From the NCBI RefSeq assembly GCF_037042905.1, contig NW_026974140.1:1428001-1492000 (forward strand): DNA of 64,000 bases. The letters run 5' to 3'. The notes beneath the pieces were generated by a model. The model had not been told where the DNA came from. It searched no databases and was given only the letters and a program-made list of their open reading frames with translations. This document shows positions 50,290 to 63,590 of the stretch, in pieces. The stretch comes from Lytechinus pictus. Its lineage: Eukaryota. Numbering within the stretch: the first letter of the stretch is position 1; every line of letters begins with the position of its first letter. Both the position numbers and the translations under genes were made by a program.

Positions 50290-53200
50290 TAGTAATCTTT
50301 GTCATAACTGTTGTAAACTACAATCAATTGGAGTTAATGCATTCTGTGTTCCTTGCAGTTCAAAAATATTTCCTTTCAGTCATTATCAAGATGATGATGA
50401 ATTTATATTGTCTGTATTTACTTTTTTTATTTAGAAAAAAAATATTAATGAAGAAAAATATAACTCTTTATCTGTTAACCCTCTTAGTCTAAATGATATT
50501 GGGAATGACTTAAATACATTACAATTTTCACTTGATGATGATGTTGTAATAAATGATCCCTGTACGTAAATGTTTTCTGATGATTTCGTCCAAAAATATA
50601 AATCTACTCCTCAAACTTTTTCAATACTACATTTCAATTCAAGGTGCTTGGTTCGTAACTATGATGAATTACAACTTCTACTCAATTCATTAAATTATAG
50701 GTTTACAATTATTGGAATTTCTGAAACTTGGTTTCGTAGCAATATTCTAGTTCATATGTTTGAAATCGATGGATACTCACTTGTCCATATAGATAGACTT
50801 AATAAACACGGAGGAGGAGTAGCTTTATATTAGAGACGATATTGATTATAATTTATGTTCTGATATATCTTTTAGCCGTGATCATTGTGACACTCCATTT
50901 ATTGAAATTCAACAACCCAAAAAGAAAGCAATTATTGGATGTGTTTACAGAGTACCTAATACTGATATTGCCAAGTTTGAAGAAAAACTCTCAAGTATTT
51001 TTGTCAATATTAATCCACATAATAAAGAAATATATCTGTTAGGTGATTTTAATATCAATTTACTAAATTATGATATCAGTTATAAAACTAGTCATTTTTG
51101 GATACTCTGTTTTCATATGGTTTATTTCCATATGGTTTATTTCCATCTATTACTAAACCAACACGGGTAACTAGACATTCTGCAACTTTGATTGATAACA
51201 TTTTTACCAATTGTATTCATATGCATAAAAACTGCGGTATAATATATTCCGATATCTCAGATCATTTCCCGATTTTTTGTTTGAAAGATGAATTATCAAT
51301 TTCTATTAATCCACCTTTTTTGTACTAAATCACACGTTTTTACAAATGAGAAAATTAACTTATTTAAAAGTAAACTACACTTGATTGACTGGTCAGTCAT
51401 TTACTGTCAAACAGATGTTAATACCTATCTTATGAACTATTCATTCATAAACTTAGTCATTTATATTTTGAATGTTTTCCACTTGTAAAGAGGAAAGTCC
51501 GTAAAAAATACGATAAACCTTGGATCACAAACGGTATTAGCAAATTTATTAAGAAAAAACAAACTTTACTGTCATTATCTAAAGAAGGCTGACATTTGAA
51601 ATCGTGATAAATATGTTAGGTACAAGAATATATTAACTGGTATCATTCGTCAACGTAAAATATTATATTATGAAAACTTATCTAAAAACGTGAAAGGTAA
51701 CATGAAAAAAACTTGGTCCGTAATAAACAAGCTCCTGGGTAAGAGAAAAAAGTCAATACCTTCTCATATGTACTACAATCAAACCAAAATATTGGGTATA
51801 GCTTCTATAGCTGAAGCATTCAATAATTATTTTGTTGATATCGGTAAGATTACACAAGAAAAGATACCCATTTCCTCGTCTCATTTTCATGACTATTCAT
51901 TCAACTGTGTACCAGTTTAACTATTCTTTAACCCAACTTCCCATACCGAAATACTTAATGTTCTCTCTTCCATGAAATCATCTGCCTCACCCAGCGGCGT
52001 AACAGGGGTCGGTGGCCAGGGGGGGCAAGAGCCAAAAATTTCCCGGTCATATCATGGAACAGGCAATGGCGTCATAAGGCAAACATTTTGAGGGGGCGAT
52101 ATGGCGTATCGGGCAAATATATATATATAAGCGAGCGAAGCGAGCGAGCAAAATTTTTTTGACATTTTTATTGCAAAAATCAAATTTTGTGATAGATTTT
52201 GACATAATGTTAAAAAGATGATATCATATTCACCCTCCTCTCTTTCCTTTTTTCTCTCTTTTTTGTACGCCACGGTGAACAGGATTTTTGTTATGATTGT
52301 GAGCATCAGGGCGAAGCTCTATATGCTCGAGGGGGCCGAGTATGGCGCTTCTGGCAAGAAGAAGCTTAATATAGGTCCCGAGCGAAGCGAGCGAGATAAA
52401 AAAAATCACCTTTTTCATGAGAATCTAACATGAAGATAGATTTTAACGTGATATTCAGACAAATATAATACACTTTCCTTTCTTTCCTCATTTTTTTGTT
52501 TGGTTGTAGAACTTTTGGGGGCCATGGTCCAAACTCATCCATATAACAGTGCTTTATGGGTGGGGTCCAGGGCAGAGCCCCGGAACTTCTTGATATCAAA
52601 GCCATTTTAAACCTTACAGATGGCCACTTATTTTAATCAAATTGCGAGTATATTTATATAGCTTTAACACAACACATAAATTCAATGCAGTTGTGTATCG
52701 TAATCATCCAAATATTGTGAGGGGCACATCATAGCAAATGTGGAAAAATTTGTAAAAAGTCGCCAGCGAGCGAAGCGAGCCAGAAAAAAAAGGCCTGTTA
52801 AAATGAAATTCTAATTATGTGATAGATTTTTACATCATTATAGCAAATATCATGTCATATATTTTTTTTCATTCATCTCATTTCGCTGCCTCCTTTATTT
52901 TCTTTTATTTCCCCTTGGCTGTGGAACCACCCCCGGTACGCCAGTGCTTCAACGTAAAGCTTAATGCAGGAAGGGTCCATATAGGGGCCCGTTATAGAAC
53001 CCATTAAAGGTTACAGATGAAGAGCCCCCACTGCACGGGGTCTTGACTCTTGGACAGAGCCTTTGGAGATTTAGCAAGTTTATGATAGACTTTCATACGA
53101 CATTATGCTATATACCATCCATTTTTTTTCTTCCCGCTCGTTATCTCAATCCTCGGCAGCCCGGTAGTTTACGTTATCTTGTCCCTATTCTTTATTTTCC

Positions 53201-55062
53201 AATTTAGATTTTGGCTAATTCCATTCTGCCTTTATTTCCCGCTTTTGTTTGCCTTTTTGTCATCTTTAATTTATTTCCCTGTCTTACTAATCATGCTATT
53301 TGTATTTGTATATCGGGGCGAATTGTTCTTTCTCACTTGTCCTTTTTTCCTTCCTTTTCCCATTATCTTTCCGTTTTCCCTTTTTTATGCTTTTTCTTAG
53401 TTTTTTTTTCCCTTTTCCTTTCCCTTTCCCCTTCCCCTTTTTTCTTTCCTTTCCTTTTCTTCCCCCTTTTTTTTATTTTTCCCGTTTTTTTTTTATTTTC
53501 CCGGTGAGCTCCGCCAGGGGGGGGGGGCAGCTTGCCCCCCCCTGCCCCCCCGCCTGTTACGCCACTGGCCTCACCAGGTTCAGACTGCATTACATCACAT
53601 GTTATCAAGGCATGTATCCATTCTATTATTAACCCACTTTGCTTTACATTCAATGAATCAATGTCGCAAGGCACTGTTCCTGATAAACTTAAGACTGCTA
53701 TGATAGTACCCATTTACAAAAGGGTGATAAGCATGACATCATTAATTATAGACCTATTGTCCTTTTATCTTTCTTTTCAAAAATGCTAGAAAAAAATCAT
53801 TTATACGTGGCTTTTCAAATTCCTCTCGTCCAATGACATATTATTTAATGTCACAAAAATTTGGATTTAGAAAAGATTTTTCTACAGAACTTGGTGTATT
53901 AAATTTAATAAACATTATATCACAAGCAATCGATGATAGTAACTATTGTCTTAGTGTATTTATGGACCTCTCAAAGGCATTTGACACCATCGATCACCAC
54001 ATTTTGATGTAAATTAGAAAACTATGGTGTTAGAGGGGTTCCACTACAGTGGTTCACCAGTTATTTGATACGTAGAAGGCAACAAGTGGTGGTCGATGGT
54101 GTCAGATCTAATCTAAGTTATATATCTTGTGGAATTCCTCAGGGGTCTGTGTTAGGCCCCCTCCTCTTTCTTTTGTATATAAATGATATAATTAATTGCT
54201 CCTCAGTTTTACGATTTTCATTATTTGCTGATGATACCACTGTTACACTTACACACAAAAAATTAATGATCTTATATCATCAGCAAATGATGAATTGGAT
54301 AAACTACATAAATGGTTCATTTAATAAACTGCTCTTGAATTCTGAGAAGACCAAGTATATAATTTTTTGAGGAAGAGGCAAGACAGTTCCTCTGAATATT
54401 AATAATCTTATTATATTAATAATCTTATTATTGGTGGTAATGCTATCTCTAAAGTTGACAGTATCAGATTTTTAGGTGTCTTTTTAAATGAATATCTTTC
54501 TTGGAAACCCCATCTCAACTCAGTTTGTACTAAAATATCAAGATCTATCGGGGTTCTCTGCAGACTTATACTTTTTATGCCTCAGACTATTTTGATTACT
54601 TTATATAACAGTATTATTCTCCCACACTTAAACTACTGTAATATTGTCTGGGGTAACACATTTAAAACTCACTTAGATAAGTTATGCATTCTACAAAAGA
54701 AAGCAATCCGAATTATATGTAATGCTGCATTTAATAGTCATTCCAAACTGCTATTTACCCAATTAAACATTTTACCATTAAATGGCTTAATATCATTGAA
54801 TTCTCTTGTTTTCATGTACAAGTTCCATACTAAAATTTTACCTCCTACCTTAAGAGATATTTTTGCTCCAAATTCATCAGTTCATACTTACAATACTCGT
54901 CAATGTGATCTCATTTGTCTCCCTCAAGTTCAAACTTCTATCGTTTCTAATTCTTTTAAAATGACTTTCCCTAAATTATGGACTAAACTTCCCAATGACA
55001 TTAAAAACAGCTCCACTATTACAAGATTTAAAAAGTTATGCAGGGCAATGTTAACCTCTTAA
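50290..55062 (+). pseudogene. CR1/L2-group ORF2 (APE + RT), many stops and frameshifts, split by a hAT-like insertion
   Basis: SILHFNSR, IGISETW, GGGVALY, PTRVT..SATLIDNIF, SDHFPIF, DLSKAFDT, GIPQGSVLGPLLFLLYIND, FADD, YCNIVWG. Confidence 0.9.
51992..53567. mobile_element. hAT-like non-autonomous element inserted in the LINE ORF2
   Basis: TIR CAGYGGCGTAACAGG; perfect 8-bp TSD GCCTCACC; removal restores KSSASPGSDCI. Confidence 0.9.
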
Positions 55063-55646
55063 CCTTCTGAAATTACAGATGTACTCCTTTCTTCTTTTTT
55101 TTTTGGCTGCATGAGTGTGTTATTATGTTTGTGTTTTTGATAATTGTTGATATATATGTTACCTGGTGGCCCCTTTTATAAGCCTTGCTTCTCCGGGGTC
55201 ACCTTACCATCATTGTAAGTTCCCATCATTGTTGTCAATTTGTTTGTATTGTTTTTATATTTGATGGTTAAACAATAAATTGAATTGAATTGAATTGAAT
55301 TGAACATTCTCTGTCTCCACTCACTGAAATGAGCAGAAGGTTAACCTATCTTTAATGTCATTTCTTTGTTTTACTAATTAAGAAAGGTTTAAAGCTAGCA
55401 AAATCAGGGATCTTATTTTGAAATTTGCAGAAACAGATAAAATATTCTAATGGTAGAAAAGTGCACGAGATATGGAGATCTCTGTGAACACCAAATATTC
55501 TTTCAAAATCCGAAAAAAAATCTTTCCTTTCTGATTTATTGAAATTAACCTTTTTGCCACAAAGTATTTTGTATTAGAGGACATGAAATAAACAAATTTG
55601 CAAGAACATCTCAGGTGAGAATGTACTGAGGTTCAAAAGCATTTTG

Positions 55647-56640
55647 CAAGGCTCCACATTAACTTTTTTTGGTGGTGGCCTGTTCGGGCCACCAAAACCT
55701 TCAAATAATTTTTTTTGGTGGCCCGAAAAATATAAAGAAAAACATTAAAAATGAACAAACGGGTATAAATGGTTGAACCACTGTAAAAAAAAATGAAAGA
55801 AAATAATAAAACGGCAAAAAAAAGTGTGAAAAAATTCCTTCCCGATATTTGCCAAAATGTTTAAATAAAATCACATTTCATATGAAGGAAATGCCTTCCC
55901 AAAGTATTTACTTTCTCAAGAGTTGTTTAAGAAGTCATTTATAAACATGAAAGAAAGTAACTGTCTGTTTATTTTTGGCTAGAAAAGACCGGAAAAGACA
56001 CGGCTTCGAAAGAAACCAAGTAACAACATACATACAAATGCACACGTGGGACTGTGATGTACTCACCTATGTGTTTTTATGTGTATTATTTTCATTTGGA
56101 AATCGGTCTTTTTGAGTCAAAAGAGAGGTCATGATTCCTCTTTTTAATGCTTGCAAATAATCAGGATACACCAGATTTTAGCAAAAAGGTCTGAAGAAGG
56201 GCATTTAATTGGTGTAAAATGTGACTTTGACTTGGATTTTCACAGTTCTGTGGAAGATTTCTTAGCAGCAACATTTCATATTCCAGCTCCCTGAGTCTGA
56301 ATAGGTTGCTAATGCCAGTACAGCTGCCTCAAGCATGCAAAGCTCACGCCAGCCGGCCGGCACGGCCGGCTGGATAAAAGCTACTTAATGCTATAGCGGT
56401 AGGCCAATTTTGTGTGTGTGTTTGTGTGCAACAAAAAGGGCGCACGACGAACTGGCTTGCAATTTGAACTGTACAAAATTGATAAATGCGTGCAAAATGG
56501 GGAGAAAAATTGCGCTATTCTGAAAATTATTGGTTGCCCGATTCGGGCCACCAAAACTTAATATTTTTTTCAATAATGGTTGCCCGAGGTGAATTTCTGG
56601 TGGCCCTGGGCCACCGGGCCACCGCTAATGTCGAGCCTTG
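55647..56640. mobile_element. hAT-like MITE with a 6-bp TSD
   Basis: TIR CAAGGCTCSACATTA; ATTTTG on both sides; subterminal GGTGGCCC/GGGCCACC motifs. Confidence 0.8.
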
Positions 56641-57299
56641 ATTTTGGATATTGCTTGAAGTAGCTATGTACATGCCTTGTTCAAAATCATTCTTTGTTTG
56701 GCCACCATTCATACAATTAGTGATGAACTAGGGTCTGAACAGCAAACTACCATGAGCGGGCCGATGTGGGTTCAGAGCAGATTTGCATTACACATACAAC
56801 AAAATGATATTTGTAGGTCCTAACATGTCCTAACAAAGACCGAATTTGCATTTGAGCAACTTTGGTGGGATATGCTGTTTTCATGTTGATCATTTTTTTG
56901 GGTACCCTGGTTAGAACTGAGCTGGACCTTAGAGTTGTGGGGAAAAAGCCATGGAGGTATAGGGGGAGTATATGATGGCTGGGTGATACTGAATTTAATT
57001 TCAGTATATTAAATATCCAAGGGCTCAGCGAAGGAAAGGCTAATGACTTGGTAGTTGCAGGTAATAACAACAGACTGTGGTGTGGCTTTTGACAAGAATC
57101 AGGTAGTGACTAGGCGTCTTTCGGTGGCTTTCCATGTATTACTTGTGGTTTGGTTTATTATCAAAGCAATGAAAAGCAGCTTGCAAGATTCCTGCTGAAA
57201 ATCACAGCTCTGAATTTTGGTACAGTGCCTTTTGAGGGACAACATACAAGCAGTCTTCAAGAGAAAACCAGTGCTTGATGAGTTGAACTTGATCCTTAA

Positions 57300-58061
57300 C
57301 CCGAACTAGGCCGGGTTTTTTTGGCTGTTCTGTGGCCGGGGGGGGGGGGTTGATTCAACCCCCCCTGAGATCTTGGCCGCCGATCGCACGAGCGCCGCAA
57401 AAATTTGCACGCTGGTAGTGTGCGATGTAATCTACAAGGCTGTATGGTAAAATTTTCCAAAATAATGAGATTTTATTTTTATATGAATTAATTATGCTAA
57501 TTTATGCATAAATCATACTTTTTGCTCTAATTCACTAAATTAAAGCTCCTAGAATGCTAATTTTTTGTAAAAATATTCTTTATAGCATTCTTAACAATGG
57601 CAATTGAAAAAAACTTCGGTTTGGAAATCAATTTCTTATGTATTTTATTGTTTTATTAATTTCTTATGTATTTCCTTGTTTTCCAACCTTTTGTTTTTCT
57701 TTGTTTTTTCACCAGATTTATTGCACAATCTTTTTTAAGCATAATTATGCTAAAATCAATTGCTTTCAGCTGTTAAAAGTAAAAATAATAATATCTTTAT
57801 GAATAAGATGAGAAAACTCAATTTGCATTGACTTTGTACACAAAATCACGTTTTGGAACATTTTTTGGTCTGACATGCACTTACAAAATGTTGCGTAATT
57901 TCGGAACCGCGTACCCGGGCATCGTAAATTTGGTCTCAAAAGATGCGCGAGACTTAAAAGTATGAACTCTGCGAGTGACGCGGTCAAAAAATTTCGCGCG
58001 GCGGAATGATCGCAGAAAATGTTGAGGGGGGGTTGATTCGACCCCCCCGGCCATTTTAGGG
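57300..58061. mobile_element. piggyBac-like MITE
   Basis: TTAA|CCC...GGG|TTAA; imperfect TIR with G/C runs. Confidence 0.8.
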
Positions 58062-58278
58062 TTAAGTTTCTCAAGGATTTGCTAATAGTCGATCTGAAGT
58101 GTGCAGCCAACTGTGGTTTGGTGTGAAAAAAGACATTGAAGCTGCCAAGTCCTATTTGGACAATGCCTAAAATATTAAAAAAGGAATATTGGAATACAAT
58201 ATATTTTTTTTAAAAGGAGTCATACATGACATCATTGGCTAGGTACCAGACCATGCCAGGTGACAGTCAGTCCGCAAG

Positions 58279-58521
58279 CCCGGGGGGGCCACTTCCATTG
58301 ACGAGTGGATACCATGCGCGATCACGGGGTCTCGAAAAGCACCCTAAACACGTATTTTCCATGTTCTGAAAATGCACCCCTTAACAAGTATTGGCGTCTG
58401 AAACCCTACCCTTAACAAGTATTTGAAACAAAACTATACTCTTGGCAAGTATTCCCAGAAATGAACCCCTAAACAAGTATACAGCGATATTTTATGCATG
58501 TTTATTGTTGTGTCACGGGTC
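58279..58521 (-). mobile_element. Truncated family C MITE
   Basis: Matches ~42910-43125. Confidence 0.75.
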
Positions 58522-58646
58522 CAAGCCCTGAAAAAGTAGCTTCTTTTATCTAAGTGATATTCATGACTAGAGGGTTTTTGCATAGTTAATGAGCTTGGTG
58601 CGAACCAAAACACCTCTTTTTATTCGGCCATTGCTGCTCTAAATAT

Positions 58647-59683
58647 TGTAACGAAATGAAAGGTTTATTTAATTATCAGTGTTGTTTTGGAACGGCAAAG
58701 ACTGTAGAATAATTTTTAACCCATATTTATAGTTGTATAGCGAAATTCAGTAATCGCTTGTAATCGATTATGTAGTGATTTTCTGTAAAAATGTAATTAT
58801 GCCTTTTTGCTGAGAAGTATCGAAGTTTACAACTGTATAATTGTTTTAGCTCTTTATGTTTAATAATTTCACACTGTTTGGATACACAAAATAAGTGACA
58901 ATCACCATTGTCTTACTGAAAAGATTTATTCTATGACTTTAACTATTTTTAAATAGTGATAAAATTTTATGGCCTGACAAGCTCCCTCCTCAATCGATGA
59001 GCTAGATCGATATAAATCTACTTTATGCTCGATTACAAACCAGGCTACTAGGCCTACAAGTAGTATTTTCTGCCCGAAACTCTGCTCAAGTTCTGTTTAA
59101 TCCTGCTGCGACAGGGTGAGCATGTATTCTAGTAAAGTTTGAAGAAAGAAATACTTCGTTTTCATGCCTGTCATTGTGTTGAGTACGGAGCTACAGAATG
59201 CATGGTCTGAAAAGCAGAAGCAGGAAAGTGTTGGAAGTACTGACTGGAAAAAGTGAGAAGTACGGAAAATATCTGACTGGAAAAAGTGAGAAGTACGGAA
59301 AATACTGACTTTACCGAAGTACGGAAAATACTGACTTTACTGAAGTACGGAAAATACCGACTTTCCTGAGATACTGAAAATACTGACTCGAGAGAAGATA
59401 CGGAAAGTACTGAGTCGAGAGAATAGACGGGAATTACTGATCTTACCGAGATTCCGAGATGAGTGAGGATGCTTGAAAGTTCTTACCAAGATACTGAAAT
59501 TACGGAAATACTGAATGCTGGGTATTCGGTCTTCAACATGGTTGTGCGGTTCCACGAGATATGATATAAGATATTGTGAAGGAGTAAAGAGTCAGAAGTG
59601 AAGAAAGACGGACTTTACATCAACTGGTTGTATATTGCAGCCGAAACGAACCAGCTCCAGTAAAGAAAGTCGGTTCGGCTACA
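58647..59683 (+). mobile_element. Solo LTR, probably Ty3/gypsy
   Basis: TGTAACGAA...TTCGGCTACA ends; 4-bp TSD ATAT; AGTAAA poly-A-like signal at ~59583; internal AAGTACGGAAAATACTGACT repeats. Confidence 0.7.
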
Positions 59684-60757
59684 ATATTGACAAAATTTCA
59701 TGTTTTTGGTTTCTTTGTAAAGAAGAAGAATCATTCTTTCAGGTCATGTGTTTGGATTTTTAAAAGAATGTTGTAATATAGGAAAAACTTTTGATTTAAA
59801 ACATGAAACAAAATATTTTTTTTCATGCAACAAAAGTTGTTGTTTTCACACTTAATTTCTGTTTGGGCACAAATGATTTTTAGATCATGATAAAGCTTAA
59901 GATCTAAGCTTTAATATGATATAATTTTTATAAGAAGATGTATTTTAGATGGGTCAGCAGCCAGCTTTTCATAGGCCAAGTACATTTGCAGCTCAAAAAC
60001 AAGAATACTGCGCTCTGATTGGTCATAGAGACCACACACCCACGCAAATTCCAACGTTCCCCACACTGGGCCTCTGCAAGGTCACACTCACCATGTGGTA
60101 ATCTCTTCAAATTACCCGCGCCTGTTTGTTTTGAAAACAGTATTCAGCCAATCAGAACTCTGGATTTTATGTTACTCAGAAATTTCAGAAATCTCGTCTT
60201 GCATCTTGATGGAAAAAGCTGGCTGCTGACCCATCTAAAAGATGCCACATATCAAGAGTGACATTGTAAGAAAGTATAGAGTTTGAGCTTTCTGATGATA
60301 TAAATAATGTTGGTGCCTAAAACACAATTTGCAAGTGAAAACAGAGGAAGAAAATTCTGTTTGATGCATCTTTTCAGGTAAAAAATTCACTTATTTATCA
60401 AAATATTTCATTCAAAAGAAATGACCAATATAAAAGAGTAACATTTACTCTTGCCCATGGTACAAAAATAATCAATATTACTCAAGGAGAAAGTGGTTAA
60501 ATTCTTTGAGAAAGAAAGTCTCATAATTCACGGGATTTTGCAGGGACATGAATTCAGCCACGAGAGGACTTGGATAAATCTTGCTCATTTGCTCATTTAC
60601 ACAGGGGCTTGCGGACTGACTGGTGATATGAGTGACTATTGAGAATACCCCTTTCTTACAAGGAAAAATGATTCCATCAGTAGTGAATGTTGAGTTGTAA
60701 ACCTGTAAACTGTCATATACACACTAAGAGAAAGAGTAAAGTTTTAAATGACATCAG

Positions 60758-60913
60758 GGCTCCGTAACACAAAGATTAGCGATCAATCGCTAAATGAACT
60801 GACCAATCAATATCGATGTTACACGCGCATTTGGTTAAAAATTCTGACCAGGAACCAATGAGTGCAGTTCTTTCATATTTGCAATTCATCGCAAACCTTT
60901 GTGTTACGGAGCC
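60758..60913. mobile_element. Harbinger-like MITE
   Basis: TIR GGCTCCGTAACACAAAG; TSD CAG. Confidence 0.85.
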
Positions 60914-61048
60914 CAGGCCACAAAAAGAATATTTGAATTGATTTTAATGCCAAGACCACATAACACCTCCTTCAAGTGCCTCCTCCAAAGAGGAGAGTGG
61001 TAAAAGCCCGAGTGTGACAATGATGCGGTATGGTATAGGGCGCATACA

Positions 61049-61437
61049 TTCGTAATTCCGAAGCTTCGTAATTCCGAAGATTCGGTTATTCCGAAGGTTC
61101 GTATTTCTGATGGTTCGTAATTCCGAAGGTTCGTAATTCCGAAGGTTCGTTAATCCGAAAACGAAATAAGGTTCGTAATTCCGAAGGTTCGTCAATCCGA
61201 AAACGAAATAAGGTTCGTAATTCCGAAGGTTCGTCAATCCGAAAACGAAATAAGGTTCGTAATTCTGAAGGTTCGTCAATCCGAAAACGAAATAAGGTTT
61301 GTAATTCCGAAGGTTCGTTAATCCGAAAACGAAATAAGGTTCGTAATTCCGAAGGTTCGTTAATCCGAAAACGAAATAAGGTTCGTAATTCCGAAGGTTC
61401 GTTAATCCGAAAATTAAATAAGGTTCGTATTTCCGAA
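61049..61437 (+). repeat. Tandem array: 16-bp TTCGTAATTCCGAAGG units, then 42-bp higher-order units
   Basis: Read directly; produces the NYEPYFVFGLTNLR repeats of ORF 60944-61732. Confidence 0.95.
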
Positions 61438-61945
61438 AATGAAAATTATTCATTTTGGTAACAAACACGGTGTTGTCATTACAAGATAACACGATATTAT
61501 GCAATGATAGTAATAAGGATCGATGATACATGCGTGTGTTGTGGCCAAAAGCATGTATTTCATTAAGAATAGGCGCCCGGATCAAGCATAGGCTAATTTC
61601 GATTTTATCTGAGCAATTGCTGCCTTTAACAAATGGTTTAAGGATGCAGGGGATTAAGTTTGTTGGTCGCGTGCGCCGCGAGTAACCTCCAGATAATAGG
61701 ATTTGTATTGGAGGGGATGTCATTTTTAACAACAGCTTCTGCTGGTAATAAAAATAATACTAATAATGATCCTTGTGAGATTTGAAAGCGCGAACCGCAA
61801 GCTCAAACTAGTAGACATTTCATGTAACAAAACTTGAACTTAAACATTCTGAGCATATTTTGTAATCGTGAGAAAGATGTGTATCTTACTAAAGAATTAA
61901 TGCGAGCGCGAAGCGCGAGCTGTAATTTGTTTATATACTGACCTG

Positions 61946-62094
61946 GGGCCCGTTGCATAAAACTTTTTACCTGAGAAAACTCAGATTGTTTTTACCGGAG
62001 TTTTTGCCCTGTGCTAAAGTCAATGGCGGAAATCAGACTAACCTTAGTTGTTTTTACCAGAGTTTTCTCAGGTAAAAAGTTTTATGCAACAGGC
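61946..62094. mobile_element. Harbinger-like MITE
   Basis: IR GTTGCATAAAACTTTTTACCTGAGAAAACTC; right end eroded. Confidence 0.7.
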
Positions 62095-63312
62095 TTTAGA
62101 AAGTAACCTTTTCAGGACTGCATTTAGTGAATCATGAATAGTATATCTCACGAACTAAATAATGAGAGCGCGAACCGCAAGCTTAAAATTTGTGATATTC
62201 CAACCTGAAAACTGGACATTTTATACATTTTTTTTGTAACCAGGAATAGAATGAGTTCCTCAATAAACAATACTTGATGCGAGCGAGAAACGTGAGCCAA
62301 ATTTTTCAGATTTTCCAACCTGAAAACTGGACATTCTAAGCATTCTTGTAAAAAAAAAAATTGATGCAAGTGCTAATAAGCGCGAGCCCAAAAGGGTATT
62401 CCATTTTGAAAAAGGTCACTTTTTTCCGACGGGATTTTTTTTGGGTAAGTATCCACCCCCCCCCTGTCCCCGGTTCCGCCACCCCTAATTGAAGCGAGCA
62501 AGATTTTGGAGCATGGGCGATTTAGCTCTAGCAACTTAAACTCCTTTTGTAATCATGAATAGGGTGAGCATCTAAACAAAACAATTAATGCGAATGCATA
62601 TAGGCAGATAGGCAGAGTGGCCGACTGACAAGAAAAGTGGATATTTCAAAGATTATTACTTGGAGTTCAGGAATGGGATATAAATCTCTCTAATCAAATG
62701 ATGGGAGCTCGTAGCGCAAGCTAAACATTTTTTCCATATTCAGTAGTTTTGTAATCATGAAAACAATGCGTAATCGCGTATCTCGCTGAAAGCTACAAAA
62801 ATCGAATCGTGAGCACAATAATCTGTTTACATTGACTTGAAAATGGCCATCATGAAATTTCAAAAAAAAAGAAAAAAGAAGCTCGCTCCTCATCAGTTTT
62901 TTATTTGGTATAAGGTATTCGTCCAGTTCTTGGTAACAAAACATGCATAGAATGTCCACTTTTAAGGTTGGAATATCACACATTTTTGGTTCGCGTTTTG
63001 CGCTCGCACTAATTATTGCTCATTAAGGTAGTCATTCTGATCCTGGTGAAATAAAATTCCTAGAATGTCCAGTTTCATGGATAGAATATCACAAATTTTC
63101 AGCTCGAGCTTCGCGCTTGCATTAATCGATTGGTGAGATATGTAGGCCTAGCACATATCCCATTCATGAGTCACGAAATGCAAAAGGTTCTTCTCCTGGT
63201 CAGTATATGAAAAATTTCAGCTCGCGCTTCGCGCTCGCGTTTGATTCTTTAGTTAAATTCACATCCTTTTTTCATGATTACGAAATAAAATCGGAACGTT
63301 TACTTTTTATGT

Positions 63313-63590
63313 GGGGCGTTTTGGCCCAGTGGATAAGTCTTCTGACTTTAAGGCAGAGGGCCGTAGGTTCGAATCCAAGTCATGGAATTATTACCATCAG
63401 CAAGAAATTTATTCACACTGTGCTGCGCTCAACCCAGGTGAGGTGAATGGGTACCCGGTAGAAATTCGTTAATGCCTTCCTTTGGCCGCCTAGGCAGCCC
63501 AGCTAAAGCCGGGATAATAATAATAGCTGGGAGAACAGTTTTCAGAACTGAAGTAGCTTCCCTGGATATCCATACCATTATTATCATTTT
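63313..63590 (+). mobile_element. tRNA-derived SINE
   Basis: A box TGGCCCAGTGG, B box GGTTCGAATCC, central CTCAACCCAGGTG...AATGGGTACC block shared with the SINE at 39130-39492. Confidence 0.75.

Larger units (their letters stand above)
46180..55304 (+). mobile_element. Decayed CR1/L2-group LINE region (ORF1, ORF2, 3' stem-loop, (GAATT)n tail) with nested DNA elements
   Basis: ORF1-like and APE-RT fragments; 3' hairpin at ~55165-55203; AATAAA(TTGAA)n end. The 5' boundary is approximate. Confidence 0.8.
58264..60622. mobile_element. Unclassified TIR element with a 4-bp TSD, hosting a family C fragment and a solo LTR
   Basis: 18-bp TIR CAGTCAGTCCGCAAGCCC; TSD GTGA; internal IR TTAGATGGGTCAGCAGCCAGCTTTT (~59945 / ~60214). 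Confidence 0.75.

Noticed and set aside
56650..58260. Coding-like composition on the - strand, split by a piggyBac-like MITE
   Set aside because: Stops in all frames and no recognisable motif; may be a decayed transposase, and BLASTX would be needed.
60944..61732. 262-aa repeat ORF; array superficially CRISPR-like
   Set aside because: Units are contiguous and near-identical with no unique spacers, no cas genes are present, and the context is eukaryotic.
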